Shown here piece by piece: positions 1-9,237 of a stretch of 64,000 nucleotides of DNA (position 1 is its first letter; the number at the start of each line of letters is the position of its first letter). The notes beneath the pieces are model-generated. The model was not told the origin of the DNA. It saw nothing but the letters and a program-made list of their open reading frames with translations, and searched no databases. The position numbers and the translations under genes were made by a program. The stretch is from a virus. Its lineage: Duplodnaviria; Caudoviricetes. Location: IMG/VR virus record IMGVR_UViG_3300033070_001371, positions 1 through 64,000 of that record; one strand, 5' to 3'.

Positions 1-273
1 CGCGTCGAACGCTTTTGAGTTGGCCCGCGTGAAGAATTCGCCGAGCACGTGCATTGCCGCTGTCGTGGCGTTGCTCACGGCGTCGTCGTCGCGTTTGAAG
101 CTCGCCGGAAGCGTCACGAGCAGGTGGTACTGTCTGCCCTGGATTGCGACAGGTGTCTTGCCGCGACGCATCTTCGCGCGAAGTCGTTCCTCCACAGTTG
201 GCGGAGGAGTCTCTTCGCGCATGAGCTTCCAAGGGTTGAGAATGCCCTTCGGTGGCTCCTTCGGACCGGTCAC
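1..273 (-). CDS. Hypothetical protein, partial (runs off the window start)
   Basis: A GTG at 273-271 overlaps the TGA of the 270..776 gene (GTGA), with GGAGG upstream. The frame is open to position 1 (MTGPKEPPKGILNPWKLMREE...). It is absent from the ORF track because it has no stop. Confidence 0.6.
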   Translation of the reverse strand, partial: MTGPKEPPKGILNPWKLMREETPPPTVEERLRAKMRRGKTPVAIQGRQYHLLVTLPASFKRDDDAVSNATTAAMHVLGEFFTRANSKAFDA

Positions 274-776
274 GACGAGCCTCCGTCACTCAGGAGGATC
301 AGTGCGCCGCTGCCGATTAGTCCCTGCGGGTCGTTGCAGTCTTTGTGCGCGGTCTCGTAGCCGGCGCTGCATCGCATCGACGGAATCTTGTCGGAGTCCA
401 GGGCAGGGCCTTCGGTGCGCATGATCTCGATGATGCGGTCGCCGCGCGCGTAGACCTTGCCGCAGAACAGGCACTGGTAGTCAGGAGCTCGGGCTGGCAC
501 GAAGTCTGGGTCTCCGGTCTTTAGGTTGCGTCGCGGAACGTCCTTGTGCGCCCACCTCACGTCCGGCGTGCCGCAGCGCACGTGCGCCAGCTCGATCACG
601 CCGTTGACGTGGACTGTGCGGGCCAAATCCGCGCCCGGCCCCACGCCGGCAACCGTCAGGACCTTGAGCACGGCGTGCCCAGGCCCCAACGGTTGCCGGC
701 AGGTGACGCAGAGCGTGGTGGGTACGCGGTCGAGGACGTCGGGGAACACGTGATGAACGTACTCCAAGCCGGGCAC
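270..776 (-). CDS. Small protein with two tandem CxxC...HxxC zinc-binding repeats
   Basis: Repeats CVTCRQPL...LAHVRCGTP and CLFCGKVY...TAHKDCNDP; co-oriented with DinG. Confidence 0.65.
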   Translation of the reverse strand: MPGLEYVHHVFPDVLDRVPTTLCVTCRQPLGPGHAVLKVLTVAGVGPGADLARTVHVNGVIELAHVRCGTPDVRWAHKDVPRRNLKTGDPDFVPARAPDYQCLFCGKVYARGDRIIEIMRTEGPALDSDKIPSMRCSAGYETAHKDCNDPQGLIGSGALILLSDGGSS

Positions 777-806
777 GCCATCAACTTGTGCGGCGCTTTA
801 CGACGT

Positions 807-2879
807 TCAGAGCTCGCCGGAACGATCGAGCTTCGTCGCGACAGGCGCAGGCGGCGGCGCTGCGACCTCTGGCGTCACCTTGTCGGCGAGCACTGCGAGG
901 AATTGGAGCACCTTGGGCTTGTCGTAGGTCGCGGGCATTGGCAGGGCGTTGCGGACCTTGCCGGAGTAGCCCTTGAACGATCCCCACGCGCGCTTGTCGA
1001 GCAGAGCGACAACGCCCATGTCCGTCTCGGCGCGAATCAGGCGCCCGGCGCCTTGCTTGAGGTCCATGATCGCCTCTTGGAAGTCGAAGGCATCCCACGT
1101 CTGAACCTCGGCGCGCCGCTGCTCGTAGCCCTGGTTGGTCAGGCGTTCGACCACGAGGGCCTTGCGCGCGCGGAGCACAACGTCGCCTGCGTTGGGGAAC
1201 GGCAGGCGAGGGATGACGACGAGGCGCAGGCCCAAGCCCGGTACATCGACGCCTTCCCAGAACGTTTTGACCGCAAAGAGCGCTCCGCGCGGCGTCTTGC
1301 GGAACCAGTCGAGCGTCGCTTCGGGTGATCCCGCCTGCGTCGCGATGATGTACGGTGACGCGGCACCCTTTGGGCCTTGTCGCAGCAGGTCGCGGCATCC
1401 GTCGGCGAGATTGTTCATGTCGTCGTACGACGCACACAACACGAACGCGCCGCCGCGCGACGCGACGAGCAGTTCGTGTACCTCGGCGCTCATAGCGGCG
1501 TAGTAATCGTCGCCGCGCCCCGTAGGGTCTGGCGCCGTTGGCGAGACGTACGCCGTCGAACGCGCCTTGTAGTCGAACGGAGACGGCAGCACGGTCTTGA
1601 CGCCGATCTGTCCGCCACTCAGTCCGTACTCGCGCGCCATGTAGTCCATGCCGTTCGCCGTTGCGAGCGTCGCGCTCGTAACGATGACGCGCCCCACGCC
1701 GCGCAGTGCAGGCGCGATTAGGGGGCCTACTTCGATCGGCGTGACGACAATCTCGGGAACTTCGCCGCGCCCACGCTTCTCGACGTAGCAGAGATACTCA
1801 GTGTCGTCGCCGTCGATGATGTCGCCCTCTTCGTCGCGCACGACGTGCTTGCCGAGCACGATCTTCGCGAGCTTGCGGCTTTTGTCGATCAGGGTAGCGC
1901 CGGCCTTGAGCTTGGCGCGTGCTGCCGCCGCGACGCCGCCCGTCGTGTCGACCGGGTCGTCTTCGTCGAGCAGGCCTTTGGAGGCCAGCTTGCTGTAGAC
2001 GCGGTCGAGCTCGCCGTGCAGATCCTCGAAGACCTGCGCCAGCGCAGGCGTCAGGTCGAGCTTGTCGTTCTTCGCCGGTACCGTCGTGAAGATCTCGTTG
2101 TAGATCCCGTCGAGGATCTCGTGCGGCTCGAATTCGGTGCCATCGAACAAGCGCCGAATTGCCTCCGGGTGTTTGTGGTGCAGCTTCAACGAGAACGCTT
2201 CGCGGAAGTACTTTGGAGCCTGATGCGCTTCGTCGATCACCAACGCGTCGTACTTGCCGAGGATCTTGCCGCCGCCTACCGAGAGGTCATAGGCGAGCAA
2301 CGCGTGATTGACGACGACGATCTGCGCACCCATCGCCTTGTCGCGCGCCGCGACGTAGCCGCACGCGTGTTCGGCGTGCGGGCAGCTCTTGCGAACGCAC
2401 TCCGCGACCCGCACTTGACTTTCGAGCGTGAACGGCGGGACGAGCTCAGCAAGGTCGTTGACCTCGCTCTGCTCCATCCACTCTTCGACCGCATGCCGCT
2501 CGTACTGCGGCAGGTGCTTGTACGAGTCGGTCTCCGCGACCTCCTTGAAGCGCAGCATGCACGCGTAGTTGTTCTTGCCCTTGAGCAGGGCGTACGCCGC
2601 CGGCTTGATCTTGCCGCACAAAAACGGCAAGTCCTTCTCGACGAGTTGGTTCTGGAGCGCCTTCTTCGCGGTGGAGATGACGATGCGCTTACCGCTGAGC
2701 AGCGCAGGGATGAGGTACGCGAAGCTCTTGCCGGTGCCGGTGCCGGCCTCCAAGAACGCGATGCCTCCCGCTTCATTCGTGAGTGTTTCTTCGACGATAC
2801 GTGCCATCGTGACTTGTCCTGGGCGGACTGAGCGTGCGATGCCGGCCTGAGTGTTGTTCAACCAATCAACTGCTGCCAT
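807..2879 (-). CDS. dinG: DinG/YoaA-family SF2 DNA helicase (Fe-S)
   Basis: EAGTGTGKS (Walker A), ISTAKKALQNQL, KGKNNYAC plus further Cys, VVVNHALL, DEAH, SATL, FWEGVDVPG, QGAGRLIR; AAGGAG Shine-Dalgarno. Confidence 0.92.
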   Translation of the reverse strand: MAAVDWLNNTQAGIARSVRPGQVTMARIVEETLTNEAGGIAFLEAGTGTGKSFAYLIPALLSGKRIVISTAKKALQNQLVEKDLPFLCGKIKPAAYALLKGKNNYACMLRFKEVAETDSYKHLPQYERHAVEEWMEQSEVNDLAELVPPFTLESQVRVAECVRKSCPHAEHACGYVAARDKAMGAQIVVVNHALLAYDLSVGGGKILGKYDALVIDEAHQAPKYFREAFSLKLHHKHPEAIRRLFDGTEFEPHEILDGIYNEIFTTVPAKNDKLDLTPALAQVFEDLHGELDRVYSKLASKGLLDEDDPVDTTGGVAAAARAKLKAGATLIDKSRKLAKIVLGKHVVRDEEGDIIDGDDTEYLCYVEKRGRGEVPEIVVTPIEVGPLIAPALRGVGRVIVTSATLATANGMDYMAREYGLSGGQIGVKTVLPSPFDYKARSTAYVSPTAPDPTGRGDDYYAAMSAEVHELLVASRGGAFVLCASYDDMNNLADGCRDLLRQGPKGAASPYIIATQAGSPEATLDWFRKTPRGALFAVKTFWEGVDVPGLGLRLVVIPRLPFPNAGDVVLRARKALVVERLTNQGYEQRRAEVQTWDAFDFQEAIMDLKQGAGRLIRAETDMGVVALLDKRAWGSFKGYSGKVRNALPMPATYDKPKVLQFLAVLADKVTPEVAAPPPAPVATKLDRSGEL

Positions 2880-2912
2880 CTTGGGCTTCTCCTTGGGGCT
2901 TCTCCCCGGTTG

Positions 2913-2932
2913 CGAAAGCGGTTACGCTTTCG
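2913..2932. promoter_or_regulatory. Perfect 8-bp inverted repeat in the divergent DinG/tail intergenic region
   Basis: CGAAAGCG-gtta-CGCTTTCG. Confidence 0.45.
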
Positions 2933-2970
2933 AGTCCATATACCACCACTAGGTAAGGGAGTACGACAAG

Positions 2971-3693
2971 ATGACCGACGAACAGATCCGTCGCCCTGGC
3001 GAATACGGCGTAAAGTCCTCCAACACGGCAGCAACTGCACCTCAAGGCGCTCCGCCCGGTGTGCCGCCCGCGCCGCCGCTGCCGCCGTCTGCGCCGGTGT
3101 TCGATCCGCGTAGCCCCACCGACCAGCTCGCGCAGGAGTTCCTCAACGCGACGCCCCCGGCTACGACAGAAGCCGAGCGCGCCAAACAGATCGAAGAGGC
3201 GCGCGCCAAGGCTAAGGAGTACCTGAGCCTGACGCCTGCCGAGCGCTGGCAGCGCAACATCAAGAATGCGGGCATGTCCGAGGACCAAGCCAACGAGATC
3301 CTCGACAAAGTGCTCGACCAGGGCTTTTGGGAGAAGGAGTACGTGCTCTACAACGGACGCCTGAAGCTCACGCTGCGTTCGCGCGACGCTGCTGCCAATC
3401 AGCGCGTCGCCAACGCCCTCGATGAGGTGCGCACGTTCGATCAGCGTGTGCTCGATCAGGCTCGCTTGCGCGTGCAACTCGCGTGCTCCCTCGTGCGCTA
3501 CCGCGATAAGGTCTTGCCGCTGGCTGCTCCCGACGAAGAACCCGCCAAGCACGAGACGGCGTTCCGTGCGCGCTTGGCCTTCTGCGACCAATTCATTGCT
3601 GGACCGGTCGTGGAGTCGGTTTTCCGCGCGTTGATCGACTTCGACGCGAAGACCTACGCAGCGCTGAGCGAGGGTGCTTCCTCGGGTTTCTGA
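2971..3693 (+). CDS. Tail assembly chaperone (gpG-like)
   Basis: Lies directly upstream of the tape measure gene and ends in the slippery heptamer G GGT TTC just before TGA. Confidence 0.7.
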   Translation: MTDEQIRRPGEYGVKSSNTAATAPQGAPPGVPPAPPLPPSAPVFDPRSPTDQLAQEFLNATPPATTEAERAKQIEEARAKAKEYLSLTPAERWQRNIKNAGMSEDQANEILDKVLDQGFWEKEYVLYNGRLKLTLRSRDAAANQRVANALDEVRTFDQRVLDQARLRVQLACSLVRYRDKVLPLAAPDEEPAKHETAFRARLAFCDQFIAGPVVESVFRALIDFDAKTYAALSEGASSGF

Positions 3694-3755
3694 TTCGCCC
3701 GTCGGGGATCGTCCGCGCGAAGGCATCGGCAGCGGGCGTGGATCTTCCCCGGGCG
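3684..3755 (+). other. Programmed -1 ribosomal frameshift signal (slippery site plus downstream stem or pseudoknot)
   Basis: GGGTTTC at 3684-3690 is in X XXY YYZ phase. The -1 frame is open into the 3738..4115 ORF. CGCCCG/CGGGCG and GGGGATC/GATCTTCCCC pairings begin 5 nt downstream. Confidence 0.75.
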
Positions 3756-4115
3756 GGCTCGTTCCAAGACGCGGTGCTTCAAGAGATGCTCTTCCGCGAC
3801 CAGAACCTGAAGTACTCGGAGGTCACGCTGTTTACGCGATTAGCTGAACTGCTGATTGGGCAGCTCGTGGAGCTGACGACAGTTCCTGACCGAATCACGA
3901 TGCGTAAGGGTCTGATTCACGAAGACATCAACATCTGGCTTCGTCTCTACGAAGCGGAGCTGTACCAGGATCGCTACTTACCGACGTATCAACGTGCCGA
4001 GCGCGAACGGCAGCGGCGTGAAGCGCAAGATGAAGCCGAGCGCAAGATGCGCGAAGCAGCGGCGCTGAAGAAGGTTGCGGGATTCAGCGACGACGACCCG
4101 GCGCGTAAGCGATAG
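3690..4115 (+). CDS. Tail assembly chaperone gpT portion (C-terminal part of an about 381 aa G-T frameshift product)
   Basis: The -1 frame reads LIRPSGIVRAKASAAGVDLPRAGSFQD... with no stop to 4115; the GTG at 3738 lacks a good Shine-Dalgarno. Confidence 0.7.
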   Translation: MIRPSGIVRAKASAAGVDLPRAGSFQDAVLQEMLFRDQNLKYSEVTLFTRLAELLIGQLVELTTVPDRITMRKGLIHEDINIWLRLYEAELYQDRYLPTYQRAERERQRREAQDEAERKMREAAALKKVAGFSDDDPARKR

Positions 4116-4124
4116 ACTACTCGT
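4113..4124 (+). promoter_or_regulatory. Putative -10 box (TAGACT) for a leaderless tape-measure transcript
   Basis: TAGACT, then 6 nt, then ATG at 4125; no Shine-Dalgarno; the TAG is the upstream stop codon. Confidence 0.55.
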
Positions 4125-7100
4125 ATGCCACCGCCGAACGGGGACCCGCAGTCGCCCGACGTCCAGTACAACTCGATGCAACAGCAGGCCGGGCTCCTCC
4201 CTGCTATTGCCATCCCGCCGCCCGTGGTGTTTCCGGGGCAGATTAGCGCCATGCTCGCCACCGGCGGCCCTGGCGCGGCGATCGGCGCACTGCCGCAGAT
4301 GTTCCCCGGCAACACCTACCAGACGATGACGGGTGCGCCTCCGCTGTACCAGGGACCGACGGGCGTGATGCAGCCGCAGATGCCCAGCGCTCCGTACAAC
4401 CCGTACCCGGGGCCCAACCCTTATGCAGGCCTAGGCAACTCTGGACCGCCGTCGATCTTTGCGTCGCCGTACGCCGCGCCGCCACCCCTCTACGCGGGTC
4501 CGCAAGGTTCGCACGCGGTACCGTTTGGTCCGCCTGCACCGCCGGCGATGTTTGATACGCCGTATGGCGCGCAGCTCGCGCAGGCACAGGCGAGGGATGA
4601 TCGCGCGTTTGCAATGCACGCGTCGGGCGCCGGATTCGGTGCGCGTGTCGGCATCAACGCGCTGGCGGGGATGGCTGGCGCCTCGATGGGTTCACGTTTC
4701 GGGGGATGGGGCGCTGCGATTGGCGGCACACTCGGCTTTTTCGGCGCAGAGTTTGGCGGCCTCGGGCAGGCGGGGCAAAACGCCTTCATGACCAACGGCA
4801 TGGGACCATCTATCCAACAGCGCGCACTCGCGGGAGGTATCGAACATGCCTCGCAAGGGTTCGTGCCGTTTGGAGGGAGTCTGCACGCTTCAGGTGCAGG
4901 TTTCAGTCACCATGCTTCCATGGAAGCTGCTCAGGGTCTCACCGCTCTGGGTAACTCCGCAGCGTTTCGCCGCGAGACATTCGACCGCTTCAACACGCAA
5001 GACTTGTCAAAGATCACGCAGGCCAGCGCGCACGCCGGTCTTATGTCGGGCGTTTCGAACCCCGAGGACATGGTTGGCCGCGTGCGCGACATCGCGAAGA
5101 GCGTCAACGCGTTCATGGAGCTCGCCAAGGAGCCTGACATCCAGCGCGCGATCCAGACGATGGGCTCGCTGCGCGCCAGCGGTCTGAACCTCAGCGAAAC
5201 ACTCGGCGCCGTACAGAGCGGGCGCGCCTTTGCGCGTATGGCGGGTATGTCGTTCCAGGAGATGTCCGAGATCGGCGGAGGTATGGGCTCTTCGACATTT
5301 CAGTCGATGGGCTTGAGCCAAGGTCTCGGTTTCCGCGCCGGCATGGCCAACCTCGGAATCGCGACGGCGTCGCAGAACGCAGGCATTCTGAGCCCGCAGA
5401 TGATGTCGATGGTCGGAGGCGCACAAGGCCTTGCGAACCTAAACAACATGTTCAGCGCGGGCATGCTTCAGCTGCCGATGCTCGCGCCCGGCATGATGAC
5501 CGCCAACGGCGGTTTGAATCAAGGTGCGCTCGAAGGCTTGATGTCTGGTCGCGCTGATCTGTTCTCGATGACGGGTCGAGGATCGAATGTTCTTGGACAA
5601 ATGGCGGGGCGCCACGGGGTCGAAGGCTTGGGCATGGCTGTCGCAATGCAGCCAATGCTTCAAGATCAAGTAGGGCGCCTTATGGCGGCGCAAGGGCCGT
5701 TCGCTCAGCGCAATATTGAAGACACACAGATCACCAACCTCGCTCGGCAAATGAACATGCGAGGTTCCGCAGGCTTCATGACCGCAGCCCAGGCGATGGG
5801 TATGTCGCAGTCACAGGCGTTGGCGCGCGCACAAGAGATGGCGTCTCCAGGCTATTTCGAGGGACAACGCCAACAGATCAACGTGAATCGACGAGAAGCG
5901 CGTGCGGCTGAGCTGCGGCAGCGTGAAGCTGAAGCTCCGGGGATCTTGGATACGTTCGGGCGAGAGACCGGCATCGCTGAAGGTCTTTACGGCGTAAGAA
6001 ACGCGTATCAAGGCGCACGCCAGAGCGCTCTTCACGCCATCGGAGTAGACCACTTGTATGACGTGGCCCCTGCCACCGACGCAGGGCGGCGGCGCGCTCG
6101 GCGGAGGCGTGAAAGCGCGCAGTTCGATACGTTTATGCACAGCGTCGCAGAAGAAGGCACCACGCTGAATCGCAGTTCCAACGGGGGCATGAACGCTCTT
6201 CGCGACAGTTATGACCTTGCGGAGATGCGCGGCGGATCAAGTTTGGTGAATGTTTTTGCTGCCCCAGTCATCGCGGGAACCACATCGCGCGCAGAGCGAC
6301 GCGGGGAGCTTCGTGACTACGCTGAAGGGCGCAGGTTGTCGGGCCTTATCGCGAGCACGACGGATCGAGAGCGAGAACGTCTCGCAGGTTCGACATCCCG
6401 GCTCTTTGGTGAGGGTGAAGCTGGAATTCGCGCGCAGCAAGAGTTCGGGCAGAGTTTGGCGGGCTTGATGGGCGGCGCAGGGCGTACACCCACGGGCAGC
6501 CTCGGCATGAGCATTAACGGCGGTTTCCGCGCAGGTGTCATGAGTGTAACCGGGGGCCTTATCGACCCTGGAAACATTTTGGGTTCGGGAGCTACGTCGG
6601 GGGATCAAATTCGCAGAGCGTATGTCGACACTCTGCGTCGATCAGGTCAGACGCAAGCGCAGATCGAAGCTCGACTCGCCGCCGGAGGCTTGTCCCAAGC
6701 GGTCCAAGCAAGTTCTGGTGCAGCGTTGGACGTCATGACGCCCGAGCAACGGCAGCGTATGTACCAAGACTTGGAACGAACCAACACTGGAGGGCGAGGC
6801 GGAGGCTTCAACCAAGCTTTGCAAGCCCGTGAAAACACCGCACGTAGCCGCTTGTTGGGCAGCAACGCTTCTGCTGAAGATACTTCTCGCTTCCTGCATC
6901 AGTTCGAGAACATCGAAGGCATCGGACGCGAGGGTAGCGCGAAGCACGAATTCTCTCGTCGATACATGATGGCTCGCGCGCAACTTGTTGCTGCCGCAGA
7001 TCAAGGCGGTGAACGAGGGCAACGCGCTCGGCGTCAGCTTCAAGATTTGGCTGTGGAAGCTTCTCGCAACGGGGTTTCAGCCACGGAGCTGGAAGGCTTG

Positions 7101-7826
7101 AACAACCGTGCTCGCGGCATGGCCTCTTCGATGACCGATGCAGACCGAGACAACGCTCGGAGGTTCGTGGACTCCGCTGGACGAGGCTCAGCGCGAGACA
7201 TGCTGTCGCATCTAGAGCAAAGTGCAGGAACACTTCAAGATGCGCGCAGCGCCCGCAACATCCGCTTTGGAGCGCTTTCCATGGCCCAAGGCGGCGGCGC
7301 AATGGCGGACATTCTGCGCGGAGTCACTGGCGAAAACTTCTCTGAAGGTGAAGTACGAGCCAGGTTGATGGGCGCGTCTCGCGAAAACATCAACCAGTTG
7401 GCACAAAGCAATCCTGAGCTCGCGCGCGCACTGCGCAGATATCAACAAAGTGGAGGTACGGACGCTCGCGCGTTTGCGTCTATCCGCGAGCAGTTTGCCC
7501 GCCGAGGCGAACGCGGTGAGTCCGAGCGACGAAAGTACCGTGAGGAGCGAGGATGGTCTGGAGCTGTGATGGACTCGCTGTTCAGTGGACGTGAAGATGA
7601 ACAAGTCATCGCGCGTCTGCGACGCACAACAAGAGCGGACACCGCCGCCGACGCGCAAGAAACCCAAACCAACGCCACAGAAGACAGCGCGCGGCGCGCG
7701 GGCGTTGGTGCAAGCGGAGATGCGTTGCTCGAAGCCAGCCGTGAGCTACGCCAAGTTACGGCTAATCTTCGAGACGTTGTTCAAGGTGGAAGTTTGGACA
7801 CCCTTGTGCGGGACGGAGGTCGATGA
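4125..7826 (+). CDS. Tape measure protein (putative)
   Basis: 1233 aa, G/A/M/Q-rich and helical with a glycine-zipper segment; follows the G/G-T chaperone pair. Confidence 0.7.
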   Translation: MPPPNGDPQSPDVQYNSMQQQAGLLPAIAIPPPVVFPGQISAMLATGGPGAAIGALPQMFPGNTYQTMTGAPPLYQGPTGVMQPQMPSAPYNPYPGPNPYAGLGNSGPPSIFASPYAAPPPLYAGPQGSHAVPFGPPAPPAMFDTPYGAQLAQAQARDDRAFAMHASGAGFGARVGINALAGMAGASMGSRFGGWGAAIGGTLGFFGAEFGGLGQAGQNAFMTNGMGPSIQQRALAGGIEHASQGFVPFGGSLHASGAGFSHHASMEAAQGLTALGNSAAFRRETFDRFNTQDLSKITQASAHAGLMSGVSNPEDMVGRVRDIAKSVNAFMELAKEPDIQRAIQTMGSLRASGLNLSETLGAVQSGRAFARMAGMSFQEMSEIGGGMGSSTFQSMGLSQGLGFRAGMANLGIATASQNAGILSPQMMSMVGGAQGLANLNNMFSAGMLQLPMLAPGMMTANGGLNQGALEGLMSGRADLFSMTGRGSNVLGQMAGRHGVEGLGMAVAMQPMLQDQVGRLMAAQGPFAQRNIEDTQITNLARQMNMRGSAGFMTAAQAMGMSQSQALARAQEMASPGYFEGQRQQINVNRREARAAELRQREAEAPGILDTFGRETGIAEGLYGVRNAYQGARQSALHAIGVDHLYDVAPATDAGRRRARRRRESAQFDTFMHSVAEEGTTLNRSSNGGMNALRDSYDLAEMRGGSSLVNVFAAPVIAGTTSRAERRGELRDYAEGRRLSGLIASTTDRERERLAGSTSRLFGEGEAGIRAQQEFGQSLAGLMGGAGRTPTGSLGMSINGGFRAGVMSVTGGLIDPGNILGSGATSGDQIRRAYVDTLRRSGQTQAQIEARLAAGGLSQAVQASSGAALDVMTPEQRQRMYQDLERTNTGGRGGGFNQALQARENTARSRLLGSNASAEDTSRFLHQFENIEGIGREGSAKHEFSRRYMMARAQLVAAADQGGERGQRARRQLQDLAVEASRNGVSATELEGLNNRARGMASSMTDADRDNARRFVDSAGRGSARDMLSHLEQSAGTLQDARSARNIRFGALSMAQGGGAMADILRGVTGENFSEGEVRARLMGASRENINQLAQSNPELARALRRYQQSGGTDARAFASIREQFARRGERGESERRKYREERGWSGAVMDSLFSGREDEQVIARLRRTTRADTAADAQETQTNATEDSARRAGVGASGDALLEASRELRQVTANLRDVVQGGSLDTLVRDGGR

Positions 7827-8068
7827 TGGATGCCCCTAACTCAGCAGAACCGTCAATTGAAGAGCTACCACCGCTTCGGCCAGAGGTTATTCCCGGTACA
7901 GCGTTCGATGTGCTCAACGCGATGCACGAGAACATCATCGACAACTTTCGCAACGCCACGGCTCCCGATCTCGCGTTCCCGTCGCTGTGGCGCCTCGCCA
8001 AGCATGTGAGCGGTGAGCGCGGCCCGCTGATCGTCTACCGTTTCTTCGAGGAGCCTCCGACCACATGA
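7823..8068 (+). CDS. Hypothetical protein (81 aa)
   Basis: ATGA overlaps with the genes on both sides. Confidence 0.55.
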   Translation: MMDAPNSAEPSIEELPPLRPEVIPGTAFDVLNAMHENIIDNFRNATAPDLAFPSLWRLAKHVSGERGPLIVYRFFEEPPTT

Positions 8069-9237
8069 CCGCCGTCTACGCCCCTGGCCGTGATCGTCCC
8101 CCGTCTTCTGGCGTCGGAGGGGGCTCATCGTACTCGCCGTCGCGCGGCGCGGGCGGAGTATTTGCCGAGTACCTTCAGGGTTTCACGCCGAAGTACGCCG
8201 CCAACCGAGGGTACCGGAGTGACCTGTTCCGAAATACGCTCGCGCGTATGTTCGTGCGTGTCGACGCGTCGGAGATGAACCTCTTCTTGGCGTCGATCTC
8301 CGACGCGCACACGCAGAACCAGCTCGCGCCGCGCATCGCAGGCGACCCGACGCAGCGCCAGCGCAACCGTACGCGCGGCGGCGCCGGTTCGCAGGACGCC
8401 CAGGTGCGCGCCAACCAGACGTTCGCGACGAACGGCTACCTCGACTTCTTCATCTCGCAGGCGTCGATGCCGCTCCAGGAAAAGGTCGACGTCAAGGACA
8501 CGCTCGCCGACAACTACGTGGCGTTCTTCTTCGGTCAGCAGCCACCTGTCTGGTCGTTCACCGGATGGTTGATGAACACGGTGCAGGATGATCAGGCGAC
8601 AAACTTCCTGCGTCTGTACTTGGAGATCTTGCGCGGCACACAGCTCGCGCGTCGTCAAAAGATCATCAACTTGAAGATCGACTCATACGTGATCACGGGC
8701 GCAATGACGGGCATCAGCCCGACGCTCAACGCGAACAGCGAGATCTATGTTCCGTTCGCGTTTCAGCTGCTCGTCAAGCGGGTTGACTTCGTCAATTACA
8801 CGCGTGGATGGGTTCCGACGCGCGCCTTTACGCCGTTTGCTGCTGACCCGAACGCAATTCCGTATGACGGACGCGCCCGTAACTCCGGCGCACGTCTCGC
8901 GATTGCTGGACGCGTTCCGCCGAACACCGAGGAAGTCGCTCCGGTGCCCAATCGGTCGGAGGACTCGCGCGTAAATCAAGCGCCCATCTCTGCCGACCCG
9001 CTCGCTTCTGTACCGCCGTTGCTTCGGCGTACGGACCCGAATGCGCCGCAGCCTGCACAGTCGTTCGTCGACTCGTTGTCGAATGGCCTTCCTGGTCAGG
9101 CCCAAAGCAGCACGGTACGCGTGCCGTTGCGTGATCCTCAGACGCCCGAGGCTCCGGTCTACTCGTCGCAGCCAGAGACGCTCAACTACTCGACGCAGAC
9201 CAATCAGTCGCGCGCACAGCCCCTGGTGAGTCGCTGA
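8065..9237 (+). CDS. Putative tail tube initiator or baseplate-associated protein
   Basis: Position after the tape measure gene; beta-rich core (YVAFFFGQQPPVWSFTGWL) and a Pro-rich tail. Confidence 0.45.
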   Translation: MTAVYAPGRDRPPSSGVGGGSSYSPSRGAGGVFAEYLQGFTPKYAANRGYRSDLFRNTLARMFVRVDASEMNLFLASISDAHTQNQLAPRIAGDPTQRQRNRTRGGAGSQDAQVRANQTFATNGYLDFFISQASMPLQEKVDVKDTLADNYVAFFFGQQPPVWSFTGWLMNTVQDDQATNFLRLYLEILRGTQLARRQKIINLKIDSYVITGAMTGISPTLNANSEIYVPFAFQLLVKRVDFVNYTRGWVPTRAFTPFAADPNAIPYDGRARNSGARLAIAGRVPPNTEEVAPVPNRSEDSRVNQAPISADPLASVPPLLRRTDPNAPQPAQSFVDSLSNGLPGQAQSSTVRVPLRDPQTPEAPVYSSQPETLNYSTQTNQSRAQPLVSR

